Virus record (IMG/VR): IMGVR_UViG_2522572172_000008
Origin: an uncultured virus (IMG/VR IMGVR_UViG_2522572172_000008)
Taxonomy: Duplodnaviria; Heunggongvirae; Uroviricota; Caudoviricetes
Length of the DNA: 64,000 nucleotides
Strand: one strand, 5' to 3'
Program-made: the position numbers and the translations under genes
In this document: positions 55,508-64,000 of the stretch, piece by piece
Layout of the letters: every line of letters begins with the position of its first letter
Position numbering within the stretch: the first letter of the stretch is position 1
The notes under the pieces: generated by a model
Databases searched by the model: none
What the model saw: only the letters and a program-made list of their open reading frames with translations
Told to the model about the DNA's origin: nothing

Positions 55508-56632
55508 ATGACTAAAAACTGCGATAGAATGATTATTGTAGACCCAGGTAAAAATGCAGTAAAAGTATTTTCTGTAAAAGAAGATGGTACTTTAGATAAA
55601 GTATTCAGCTTCCCTTCAAAGACAGAGGCTAAACGAAACTTCCGTGGAATTGATGGCTCAAGTGCTCTTCAATTCAAGGTAGAAATTAATGGTCAAAAAT
55701 ACATCGTTGGTGAAGGTGTAAAACGTACATACAACTTTGAAATCACAAAGAACAATGACCATCATAAATTATGTGTTCTTACTGCAATTGCTAATGTTGT
55801 AGAAAAAGATAATGAAAAAATTGATTTAGTAGTTGGTTACCCTTCAAGTGATTTTGAAAACGAAAAACAACGTAAAGAATTTGAAGAATTACTTTTAGGT
55901 GATAAAAAAGGTGAAATTTCTCTTCACTTAAATGATGAAAAGAAAACATTCACAATCAGTTCAATCACTGTAAAACCAGAAGGAATGGCTTTATTCCCTC
56001 GTATGCAATCAAAAGAACAAAAAAACTTCCATATCATTGATATCGGAGGACAAAATGTAAACTATCGAGAATACGATGCAAAAGGCAATACTGTTAACTC
56101 TTGTAGTTTAGACAAAGCAGGTATTAACCACTTAGAGCAATACATTAAAACCGAATTACGTAAAGTTGTACAAGCCGATGAAATTAACGTATCTGAACTT
56201 GATGTTTTACAATCTATTTCAGATGGTAGAATTGTAGAGGTTAACAATGTTGATGGTTATAAAGATAGTGCTGAATTTATCGAAGATGTTGTATGCAACT
56301 TTATCGAAATTCGTATTATTGATGAATTATCTGGTCGTGGAGTTAGTATTGAACAAAAAGGACACTACATCATTTTCACAGGTGGAGGTTCATTACGCTT
56401 AGAAAACTATTTAAAAGCTCTATTACCACACAACACTTCCAATATGGACTTTTCTAAAACTGCAAAATGGGATAATTGCATTAGCTATTCAATGAGACAT
56501 ATCCCTGAAGTGCAAAAAGATAAGAAAAAGTTAGTTGCTATGTTTGCTAAAATCGTTTCTCAAGTAAAAGAAAAAGATTTTGAAAAAAGTCGAAATCCTT
56601 TCCTTAAAGAAGACGACAAAGTAGCACTTTAA
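55508..56632 (+). CDS. ParM/StbA-family actin-like partition ATPase
   Basis: DPGKN, PEG, DIGG and GGGS actin-fold motifs. Confidence 0.88.
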   Translation: MTKNCDRMIIVDPGKNAVKVFSVKEDGTLDKVFSFPSKTEAKRNFRGIDGSSALQFKVEINGQKYIVGEGVKRTYNFEITKNNDHHKLCVLTAIANVVEKDNEKIDLVVGYPSSDFENEKQRKEFEELLLGDKKGEISLHLNDEKKTFTISSITVKPEGMALFPRMQSKEQKNFHIIDIGGQNVNYREYDAKGNTVNSCSLDKAGINHLEQYIKTELRKVVQADEINVSELDVLQSISDGRIVEVNNVDGYKDSAEFIEDVVCNFIEIRIIDELSGRGVSIEQKGHYIIFTGGGSLRLENYLKALLPHNTSNMDFSKTAKWDNCISYSMRHIPEVQKDKKKLVAMFAKIVSQVKEKDFEKSRNPFLKEDDKVAL

Positions 56633-56676
56633 GAAGCAGGATATTATCCTGTTTCTTTCCATAAAGGAGAATGCAT

Positions 56677-57447
56677 ATGGATAAGAGTAAATATAAGAAA
56701 CATATAAACGTCTCCCTTCAAAACAAAAAGTATTATGATTCAATTAACCCTGTATTATTAAAATGGGCATCTAATAGCGAAAACATGTCAGAAAAGGTTA
56801 GTGAGTCTATCCTAATGGCAGCCCGATTAGAATCTTCAATAGGGATAAATAAATTAATGAACACGTTTGAAATGATTGAAAAAACACTTCAAATTTATTT
56901 CCCTGAAAAAAATAATACTTATAACGAAGCGGTAGAAAAAGCATTTGAAAAAATTGTTCATGTAAATGGTTCTATGCTATCTGATTTCATAACAAACCCT
57001 GTTCAATTCTCAGAAGCTCAATTACAATCTTCTCAGAAACAAGAATCAGTTACTTCTTCTCCTACAGCATCTATTACAGAACAAAAGGCTGTTAATAATC
57101 CTGTTGTTAAAACAGAAGAAATAACGAAAAGTGAAACAAAACAAGAAGTTGCAAAACACGAAAAAGAAGAACCTGTTATTAGCGAAGGCGAAATAACTCA
57201 AACGAATGAAGAAACGCCTAAAAATGTAAAAGTAGAAGAAAATCAAAAAGAAGAGACTAAAGCTCCTACTCCTAAAGAGTCTAAAGAAGACGAAAAACTT
57301 GAAAAAGAAAATCTTCCTGTAGAGCCTAAAGAGGACGAGAACTCTGAAAAAGAAAAACTTCCTGAAGAACATAAGGACGATAATCAAGACGCAAATGAGG
57401 AAGTAGAAATAACAGATGCAGATGTGAATCTATTATTTGGAAATTAA
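56677..57447 (+). CDS. Probable partition adaptor (ParR-like position) with long acidic tail
   Basis: Directly downstream of the actin-like gene; low-complexity E/K tail; followed by terminator 57455-57490. Confidence 0.5.
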   Translation: MDKSKYKKHINVSLQNKKYYDSINPVLLKWASNSENMSEKVSESILMAARLESSIGINKLMNTFEMIEKTLQIYFPEKNNTYNEAVEKAFEKIVHVNGSMLSDFITNPVQFSEAQLQSSQKQESVTSSPTASITEQKAVNNPVVKTEEITKSETKQEVAKHEKEEPVISEGEITQTNEETPKNVKVEENQKEETKAPTPKESKEDEKLEKENLPVEPKEDENSEKEKLPEEHKDDNQDANEEVEITDADVNLLFGN

Positions 57448-57583
57448 TTTCAATAAAAAGAAGCTACTTATTAAAGTAGCTTCTTTTTTTGTGCATTTTA
57501 TTATAAATCTTTCATTTTCGAATAAAATAAGTAGATTATAAAAAAAACAGGTAATTTAACAATTTTATTTCTAAGGAGAGATT

Positions 57584-58135
57584 ATGATGAATCAAACAGT
57601 TTCAGGAGATACTCAACAGGTCGGAGAAAATACACAACAAGCAAATCAGGTTTACAGTGCAGTTTACTACCAAGGAGAAGATGTAGAAAACGCCCTGCTA
57701 AATGCAACAGAAACGGATTTTCAAATTTTCAAAGGCTTAAAAGAATTTACCCCTAAAGGCATGGTATATACAGTGAAAGAACGCTATACACAAAAGAAAC
57801 CTAAACACGGTGAGATTTGGACTGTCGATTTAGGCGTAAACGTTGGTTCTGAAATGAATAAGATTAGACCATGCGTTATCGTCTCACCTGATAGCTATAA
57901 CGAATCTCAAAAATTAGTAGTTGTTGTACCCATTACTCATGCTGATAAAAGTTTAGATTGTCACATGAAAATAAACTCTGAGTTACTTACAGATAGAGAT
58001 TGTTCTATTAATGGGATTATAAAAACAGAACAAATTCGAACTGTTTCTCACGGACGACTACATAAGTACAAAGGCACTTTATCAAAACCAGGATTAGGCG
58101 AATTACAGCTTAAAATGAAAAATTTTTATTGCTAA
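57584..58135 (+). CDS. PemK/MazF-family protein with N-terminal extension
   Basis: GEIWTVDLGVNVGSEMNKIRPCVIVS, VVPIT and EQIRTVS..RL motifs. Confidence 0.88.
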   Translation: MMNQTVSGDTQQVGENTQQANQVYSAVYYQGEDVENALLNATETDFQIFKGLKEFTPKGMVYTVKERYTQKKPKHGEIWTVDLGVNVGSEMNKIRPCVIVSPDSYNESQKLVVVVPITHADKSLDCHMKINSELLTDRDCSINGIIKTEQIRTVSHGRLHKYKGTLSKPGLGELQLKMKNFYC

Positions 58136-58153
58136 TTAATTCATTGGTATAAA

Positions 58154-59159
58154 ATGATTTTTTATAAAGGGGAGCAAAAAATGAATAAAACAATTAAAGT
58201 CAATTTTAAAAACGTTTTATCAGAATTAAAAGAAAAAGAACTAAAGCTGTGTTTCTTAAAAGGTAGAGGGATGTTTATTGAAGATAAAAACAAAATCTTA
58301 TATCAAATGGAAATCTATCGACATGGCTCATACTTAGATAATTTAATAAAAAACGGAATCACGGTTGAATTTGAAAAAGTAGGTAATTCATTAAGCGAGA
58401 ACATTGAAGATTGGGAAAAAGAAATTTGGGGCATTGCAGATGTGGAGTCATTTATTAAAAGACACTTATAGTGTTAATTAGATAAAAAGTATATTTTGTT
58501 TAATAAAAAGATGTTTTTTATAAAAGAAAAGCTACTTATATTCTTGGAGGTAATAAAAAATGAATAATAAAAAGTTAATGGTCAAATTAAATGATTTATA
58601 TACTCAATTCTTAGCAACCAGAGAGCAGAGCCGAAGAGTAATAATGCAAAGTGGAATTATTAGAAGGGCTTTTGGTGTGAAAGAATATGAGATTGGAAAA
58701 CCCGTTAAGGATTATGAACGAAAGCTTGTCTTATCTGATGATGATATAAGAGAAGAATTTAACGAACGTATATCTTTTTGGAATTGGGCTAAAAAAGAAA
58801 ATGATATGGACAGAGCAAAGGAATTCGAAAATATAGTTCATTATTTCATTGATGCTGTAAGATTCTTCAATGAAAATTTAGCAGAGGAATTCCAGAAATC
58901 TGTTACTTTTGAATAAAAGGTTGTCTTTTTTAAAGGGAGGTTTTGTTAATAAAACATCCCTCTTTTACTAAACGGAGGGTTTAAAATGGAAATCAAAGTA
59001 AAATGCATAGGTGAAGATTCTTGGGGAAGAAAGTTATATCAAAACATAAAAAACAAACATGTTTATGCAGTTGTAGATGATTGGCATTATACAACAAGCA
59101 AAGATGGTGAACCTGATTGCCCATTAAGAAAAGATATTTGTATTGTTATAGTTGAATAG
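58154..59159 (+). other. Three small hypothetical genes, including 58986-59159 missing from the ORF track
   Basis: ORFs with RBSs; the last reads MEIKVKCIGEDSWGR...DGEPD...*. Confidence 0.6.
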
Positions 59160-59240
59160 ATAAGCTATTTTTAATGAGAGGTTTATATACCTCTCATTTT
59201 TTATTTGTATTGATTCAATAATAAAAAAGATAGCTAAATA

Positions 59241-59786
59241 TTAGACTATCTTTTTCGAAACAATCTTATTCAATTCTTGTACAGAACTTTCAAAGTTATT
59301 ATTTACAACTATATAATCTGCATGTACGTGATTCATTCTCTCTTTATTTTTAACACAATATAGGATTCTATCTTTTATCTTGCTAAAAGAATCCCCTCTT
59401 TTAAACATCCTCCACGCCATACGAATCAAGGAAAGAGAAATAAATATAATCGTTACAATTTCACCATATGCCTTTTTAACCTGCATAGCCCCATTAATAT
59501 CAGTAACAACATAGATTCTATCGTGCATCTTTAATTTACTATCTATCTCTTCCCTACTGACACAATATGAATTCCCTGCATATACAACACTTTCTATTTT
59601 ATCCAATTCATCAAACGTTTTATTTGAAACGAAATAATAGTCTTTCCCATCTACTTCCCCTGCCCTTGGCTTTCTTGTAGTATGAGAAATTACTTCAGGA
59701 ATATCCATTCTTTCCTCTAACGTTTTTCCTAATGTTGTTTTTCCACTCCCTGATGGTCCCACCAAAATAAATATTTCTTTTTCCAT
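59241..59786 (-). CDS. gmk: Guanylate kinase-like protein
   Basis: GPSGSGKT and SHTTRKPRAGEVDGKDYYFV motifs. Confidence 0.85.
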   Translation of the reverse strand: MEKEIFILVGPSGSGKTTLGKTLEERMDIPEVISHTTRKPRAGEVDGKDYYFVSNKTFDELDKIESVVYAGNSYCVSREEIDSKLKMHDRIYVVTDINGAMQVKKAYGEIVTIIFISLSLIRMAWRMFKRGDSFSKIKDRILYCVKNKERMNHVHADYIVVNNNFESSVQELNKIVSKKIV

Positions 59787-60107
59787 CGAATTAATCCCCT
59801 GTCGTCTTTCACTTCTTCTTTGGGTTCCAAGGTGTTAAAGTTTCCAATGAAACTTCAATTTCTTCTTCCCTAATCTTCTCCGATGAACGGCTCACAATTC
59901 CAATTTTAACATTCGCCATTAACTTCTTTTTATCAATCGAAATAATTCGAGCATTCGCAAAAGAACCCTCTATATATTCACACATTACTAAATCTCCGAC
60001 TTTAAAATTACTTTCTTTCCCATTCACGTTTGTTCCTCCCAAAATGACACAATTGTTACTATTAGTATAATACTTTTTATTAACTATAGTCAATAAAAAG
60101 GAAGGTT

Positions 60108-60686
60108 TTATAAACCTTCCTTTTCAAGATAACTAATAAATCCTTTTAGTAATCCACTATCAAATTGTTTATCTGACTCCGCAACCATTAGCTTCAACAC
60201 TGCTTCTTTTGTAAATGCTTCTTTATAAGAACGTTTGTGAGATAATGCATCATATACATCAATTATACTCATGATTTTAGCGAGTGGGTGAATTTGTTTC
60301 CTCATTAGTGAGAATGGATATCCTGTTCCATCCAATCTTTCGTGGTGTTGTTGAATAATATCCTTAACATCATCATTAACCATTACATTCGGGATGTTAA
60401 TTGTATGTGTTTTAATAATAGCAAACTCGTCTTCAGACAATCGTCCTTTTTTATATAAGACCTCTTTTGGTAGTAAAAACTTACCTATATCATGCAACAA
60501 AGCACCTACAATTAAATTATTCAAATCCTTTTTAGATAATCCTAAATACATACCAAATTTACTTGCCAATACCGCACAACGAATAGAATGTTGCACCGTT
60601 TCGTCTTTAATCAGTAATTCCATTTTTTTATTAAAATGTAGTAATTTTATAATTTCCTTTTTATATACAGTAAGCAAATAAGTCAC
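60108..60686 (-). CDS. Stand-alone HD-GYP phosphodiesterase
   Basis: HS, HDIGK, HHERLDGTGYP and DVYDAL..RSYK motifs. Confidence 0.9.
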   Translation of the reverse strand: MTYLLTVYKKEIIKLLHFNKKMELLIKDETVQHSIRCAVLASKFGMYLGLSKKDLNNLIVGALLHDIGKFLLPKEVLYKKGRLSEDEFAIIKTHTINIPNVMVNDDVKDIIQQHHERLDGTGYPFSLMRKQIHPLAKIMSIIDVYDALSHKRSYKEAFTKEAVLKLMVAESDKQFDSGLLKGFISYLEKEGL

Positions 60687-60909
60687 TCCTCTTTTATATT
60701 TTCGCTTCTGTATTATATAGAGTTTTATTTAGTATATAACCAGATATCCGTATAATTTACATTCCGAATTATCATATACTAATTAAGTAAAGTCAATAAA
60801 AAAAAACAAAATATTATTTACTGATAGATAAATGAAATTATAAATTTCATTGACTATAGTAAATAAAATATGTTATTTTAAGATGACAGAATATTTGTAG
60901 GAGGCTTTT

Positions 60910-61257
60910 ATGGAACAAATAAAATCACATCCAGTTAAAGATGTTTATCGTATATCAGATGGCTTGTTAGTTGAAATTCATAAATACGAACGCATCGGAA
61001 ATGTATGGATGCAAGAAACAAAGCAAACTAAAGGTGTTCAAGGTTGTAGAGGATTGCGAGTATTAACGGAAGATTACGGAGATAACATTCCTAAAGGAAC
61101 GTTCATTCTCAATTCTGTCCCTATTCGAGTTGTTACAGATGCCAACTTGTTTAAAGCTGAAATAAAAACAAATGGTAGCGGATTATACGGAAGTATTCCA
61201 GAATTAGAACGAACATTAAAAACGATTCAAAATATTTTAGACTCCTATAAAGAGTAA
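60910..61257 (+). CDS. Hypothetical protein
   Basis: AGGAGG RBS; palindrome promoter at 60850. Confidence 0.65.
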   Translation: MEQIKSHPVKDVYRISDGLLVEIHKYERIGNVWMQETKQTKGVQGCRGLRVLTEDYGDNIPKGTFILNSVPIRVVTDANLFKAEIKTNGSGLYGSIPELERTLKTIQNILDSYKE

Positions 61258-61355
61258 TTAGAGTTCGAATGAATACCAATCTCAGAATCTATAATAAGTG
61301 TATTTATAAAAACAGGTATAGAAAACTATAACATGAAAATGGAGATGTTTTAGCT

Positions 61356-61892
61356 ATGATTATTGTTGTTACAGGTCATCGACCAAAAAAATTAAATAAT
61401 ATCTATGATATTTATCATCCAATGTATGTTTCTATCGGAAGGGAAATGAGAGATTTTATTTTGAAGCAAATCACATTGTTAGAAGATGGCGAAAAGCTAA
61501 GGTTAGTTACTGGTATGGCGTTAGGAATTGATACGGTGTTCGCTTTAATTGCATTGAAACTAAAGAAAATGTTTCCTGAAAAAATTATTCTGCATTGTGC
61601 CGTTCCTTGTGCAAGCCAAGAAGGCCCTTGGCGTAAACCCGACAAAGATAGATATCATCGAATTTTGCATGAGGCAGATGAAGTTGTTTTTGTCTCAAGA
61701 GAAAAGTATGTAGACGAACAAACTATGTACGATAGGGACGAATATATGGTAGATATGTTAGCCGTTGAACGGGGCTATTTACTTGCAGTTTGGAATGGAA
61801 TCCCAAATGGAGGTACTTACCATACAATCGAATACGCCCAAGGAAAAAGTGCATCAATCCAAACAATTGACCCAAATCGACACATGCAATGA
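61356..61892 (+). CDS. SLOG superfamily protein (YspA/DUF1273-like)
   Basis: TGHRP, GMALGID, RDEYMVD and AVWNG...GGTYHT motifs. Confidence 0.85.
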   Translation: MIIVVTGHRPKKLNNIYDIYHPMYVSIGREMRDFILKQITLLEDGEKLRLVTGMALGIDTVFALIALKLKKMFPEKIILHCAVPCASQEGPWRKPDKDRYHRILHEADEVVFVSREKYVDEQTMYDRDEYMVDMLAVERGYLLAVWNGIPNGGTYHTIEYAQGKSASIQTIDPNRHMQ

Positions 61893-61955
61893 GACCAATA
61901 TTAATTGGCCTCATTTTTCTATGAGTTAGATTATTTACGAAAAGGATGGATTTAG

Positions 61956-62129
61956 ATGACTTATGAAGTGATTCATTACTGCCATGTACTACCTACTTTC
62001 CACACTGTAGAATCAGGACTTACTTTGAAAGATGCTCAAGATAAAGTAAAAGAATTAGCAACAAAACAAAAGTACAGTAAACACACAATGGATTGTTGCA
62101 AATTCTATGTTCAACCAGAAATAAAATAA
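61956..62129 (+). CDS. Small hypothetical protein (57 aa), not in ORF track
   Basis: AAGGA RBS; MTYEVIHYCHVL...QPEIK*. Confidence 0.5.
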   Translation: MTYEVIHYCHVLPTFHTVESGLTLKDAQDKVKELATKQKYSKHTMDCCKFYVQPEIK

Positions 62130-62155
62130 TACAATGAATAAAGGATTGAACTGAA

Positions 62156-62521
62156 ATGACTAAAGAAAAAATTAATGTATATTTAGACGATAAAAGAGAC
62201 TGTCCAAAAGGATTTACAATTGCAAGAACTATGGAGAAAGCGATTGAACTCCTTACAAACTATGCTGTTCAAATTCTTTCACTTGACCACGACTTAGGAG
62301 AAGATGAGAATGGGAAACTACTCCCTACTGGTTATGATTTCGTGAAATATTTCTGCTTACACAATTTATTTGCTGAGAAAATTTATATTCACACTGACAA
62401 TCCACCAGGTCGTCAAGCTATGTATGAGACGCTGAAAGGTGCTCAAAGACGAGGATTTATTGCTGAAGATATTAAAATACACCATTACTCAATCACAGTG
62501 AATAGATACTCTGGCGAATAA
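62156..62521 (+). CDS. Cyclic-phosphate-processing receiver domain protein
   Basis: YLDDKRDCP, SLDHDLG, TGYD and IHTDNPPG motifs. Confidence 0.8.
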   Translation: MTKEKINVYLDDKRDCPKGFTIARTMEKAIELLTNYAVQILSLDHDLGEDENGKLLPTGYDFVKYFCLHNLFAEKIYIHTDNPPGRQAMYETLKGAQRRGFIAEDIKIHHYSITVNRYSGE

Positions 62522-62598
62522 AACGTGCTCGCAATAGAATTTAATAATAATGCTCATCCTTTCTTATTATGATATAGCAAATATTTATTTAAGAGAGG

Positions 62599-62895
62599 AT
62601 GAAAATTGCGATGGCAAAACCGAAAACAATAAAAGGAACTGTTGGAGAAAAGACAGTTGAATATAAAGAAATGACTATGAAAGAGTATTTTGTAGTTTTC
62701 ATTACTACATTAGTAGGTTTTTCTTTCCCTACAGCTATAATTGCTTTTCTACTTGTTAAAACTACCGAGCTAAACATCTTTACAGCAGTTGTTATCGGAT
62801 TACTTATGATAATTTTATTAGTTGTTTCATTCGGATGGCATAAACCTGCTTATAAAAATGAAAAGAAATCAGAGAAAGATGATGACGATGATTAA
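62599..62895 (+). CDS. Small 2-TM protein
   Basis: Two hydrophobic helices. Confidence 0.6.
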   Translation: MKIAMAKPKTIKGTVGEKTVEYKEMTMKEYFVVFITTLVGFSFPTAIIAFLLVKTTELNIFTAVVIGLLMIILLVVSFGWHKPAYKNEKKSEKDDDDD

Positions 62896-63027
62896 GAGGT
62901 GTATCTATAATGGTACATCTTTTTTTATGTTCATAAATGTTAAAGCATGATGGTCCCTACTATTTTACATTTTGGTTACATTACCTATATAAATTGTATT
63001 TATTTGATATAATAATATCCGAAATTA

Positions 63028-63909
63028 ATGAATATAGGAGGTTTTATTTTGGCTAATAAAAATAGAACTAAGCAGAAGCAAAATAATAAATCACAAGATG
63101 CTCAACATGTACAAGAAACACCTGATTCTGCTTCTTCAAAAATCAACAACAATGAAATAAAAAGTAATAATGGATTCTTTAAAATTGTAAGCCAAGCAAC
63201 GCTTATTGCGTTGCTGTTAACAGCACTAAGTTATTCGTTTACAGCCTTATTTAAATCTGGATATCATCATTATTATCGATTAAATGATTATTCATTGTTA
63301 ACAATTGATACAAGCGATTTGGTACATTTCTTTTTAGTATCATTCCAATATCTATTACCATTAACAATATCTTATTTTGCTGTTAGATACATATTCTTAG
63401 CACCTGAATTTTTCCTCAGAAAAGGTGGAGTAAAAAGTATAACAATAGCTTTTGTTATCATTCTTTTCTTTATACCCATGTTTATGTCTTGGATTTTTAA
63501 TATAGACAAATTCGATAAAAGATATATATTTGCATGGGCATTTGTTACAAATTGTATAGTTTTTTATCAGTTCTTCTCACCTACAGTCCAATCTATATTA
63601 CAATTTCTTCTAACGCCAATCAGACCTTACAAAGTATTTTTTATTCTCAGTGCATTTATCTTTTTAGGAATTGGCTCCTATAGATTAGGTGTTGATACAG
63701 CAAAAAAACAAGAAGAATATTCAATTGTTACTCAGGGTGAAGAAGAGCTTATTGTAATTAGTACCAAAGGCAACAGTTTAATTACAGCTCCTTTTAATAA
63801 GGATACAAATACAATAAAATCAACCTTTACAGTTATTCCCATGAAAAATCAATTAAGCTTAAAGACTACAACACTGACAAAAAATTTAATAGTAAAATCA
63901 GACATATAA
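63028..63909 (+). CDS. Multi-TM membrane protein
   Basis: Several TM helices; terminator-like hairpin ~63916-63966. Confidence 0.7.
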   Translation: MNIGGFILANKNRTKQKQNNKSQDAQHVQETPDSASSKINNNEIKSNNGFFKIVSQATLIALLLTALSYSFTALFKSGYHHYYRLNDYSLLTIDTSDLVHFFLVSFQYLLPLTISYFAVRYIFLAPEFFLRKGGVKSITIAFVIILFFIPMFMSWIFNIDKFDKRYIFAWAFVTNCIVFYQFFSPTVQSILQFLLTPIRPYKVFFILSAFIFLGIGSYRLGVDTAKKQEEYSIVTQGEEELIVISTKGNSLITAPFNKDTNTIKSTFTVIPMKNQLSLKTTTLTKNLIVKSDI

Positions 63910-64000
63910 ATAATATGAATACATAAAAAAACACCTTATTTGTCTTTAGGTGTTTTTATGTATTCAGCACTTCCCTATTACTCACTAAAAGAATATAATT

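Overview
AT-rich, Bacillus-like DNA (strong GGAGG RBSs, sigmaA-type promoters) that reads as a segment of a very large extrachromosomal element, most likely a Bacillus cereus-group-type megaplasmid or phage-plasmid. The host assignment is inference. It carries an actin-like ParM/adaptor partition pair, TadE-like, VirD4-like and secretion-ATPase-like genes, a class A PBP, RecG, a DEDDh exonuclease, two YopX genes and long runs of small hypothetical genes. There are no rRNA, tRNA, CRISPR or IS elements. Main discoveries: (1) a Ro60/TROVE gene fed by a promoter-driven array of five structured ncRNA candidates of two classes, three Y-RNA-like with covarying stems and two ~115-nt multibranch RNAs, plus a divergent kissing-loop RNA and a downstream AIM24 gene; (2) an ArfA-like ribosome-rescue gene with a terminator-type hairpin inside its own ORF; (3) a 14-bp palindrome (TTGACTATAGTCAA consensus) in about 21 intergenic copies at promoters, plus a second promoter motif; (4) a dispersed RNA-repair and nucleotide-sanitising toolkit (CCA/HD enzyme, metallophosphoesterase, cyclic-phosphate receiver domain, macrodomain, Ham1, SLOG, HD-GYP). 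All structures and family calls were made by eye; no searches were run.
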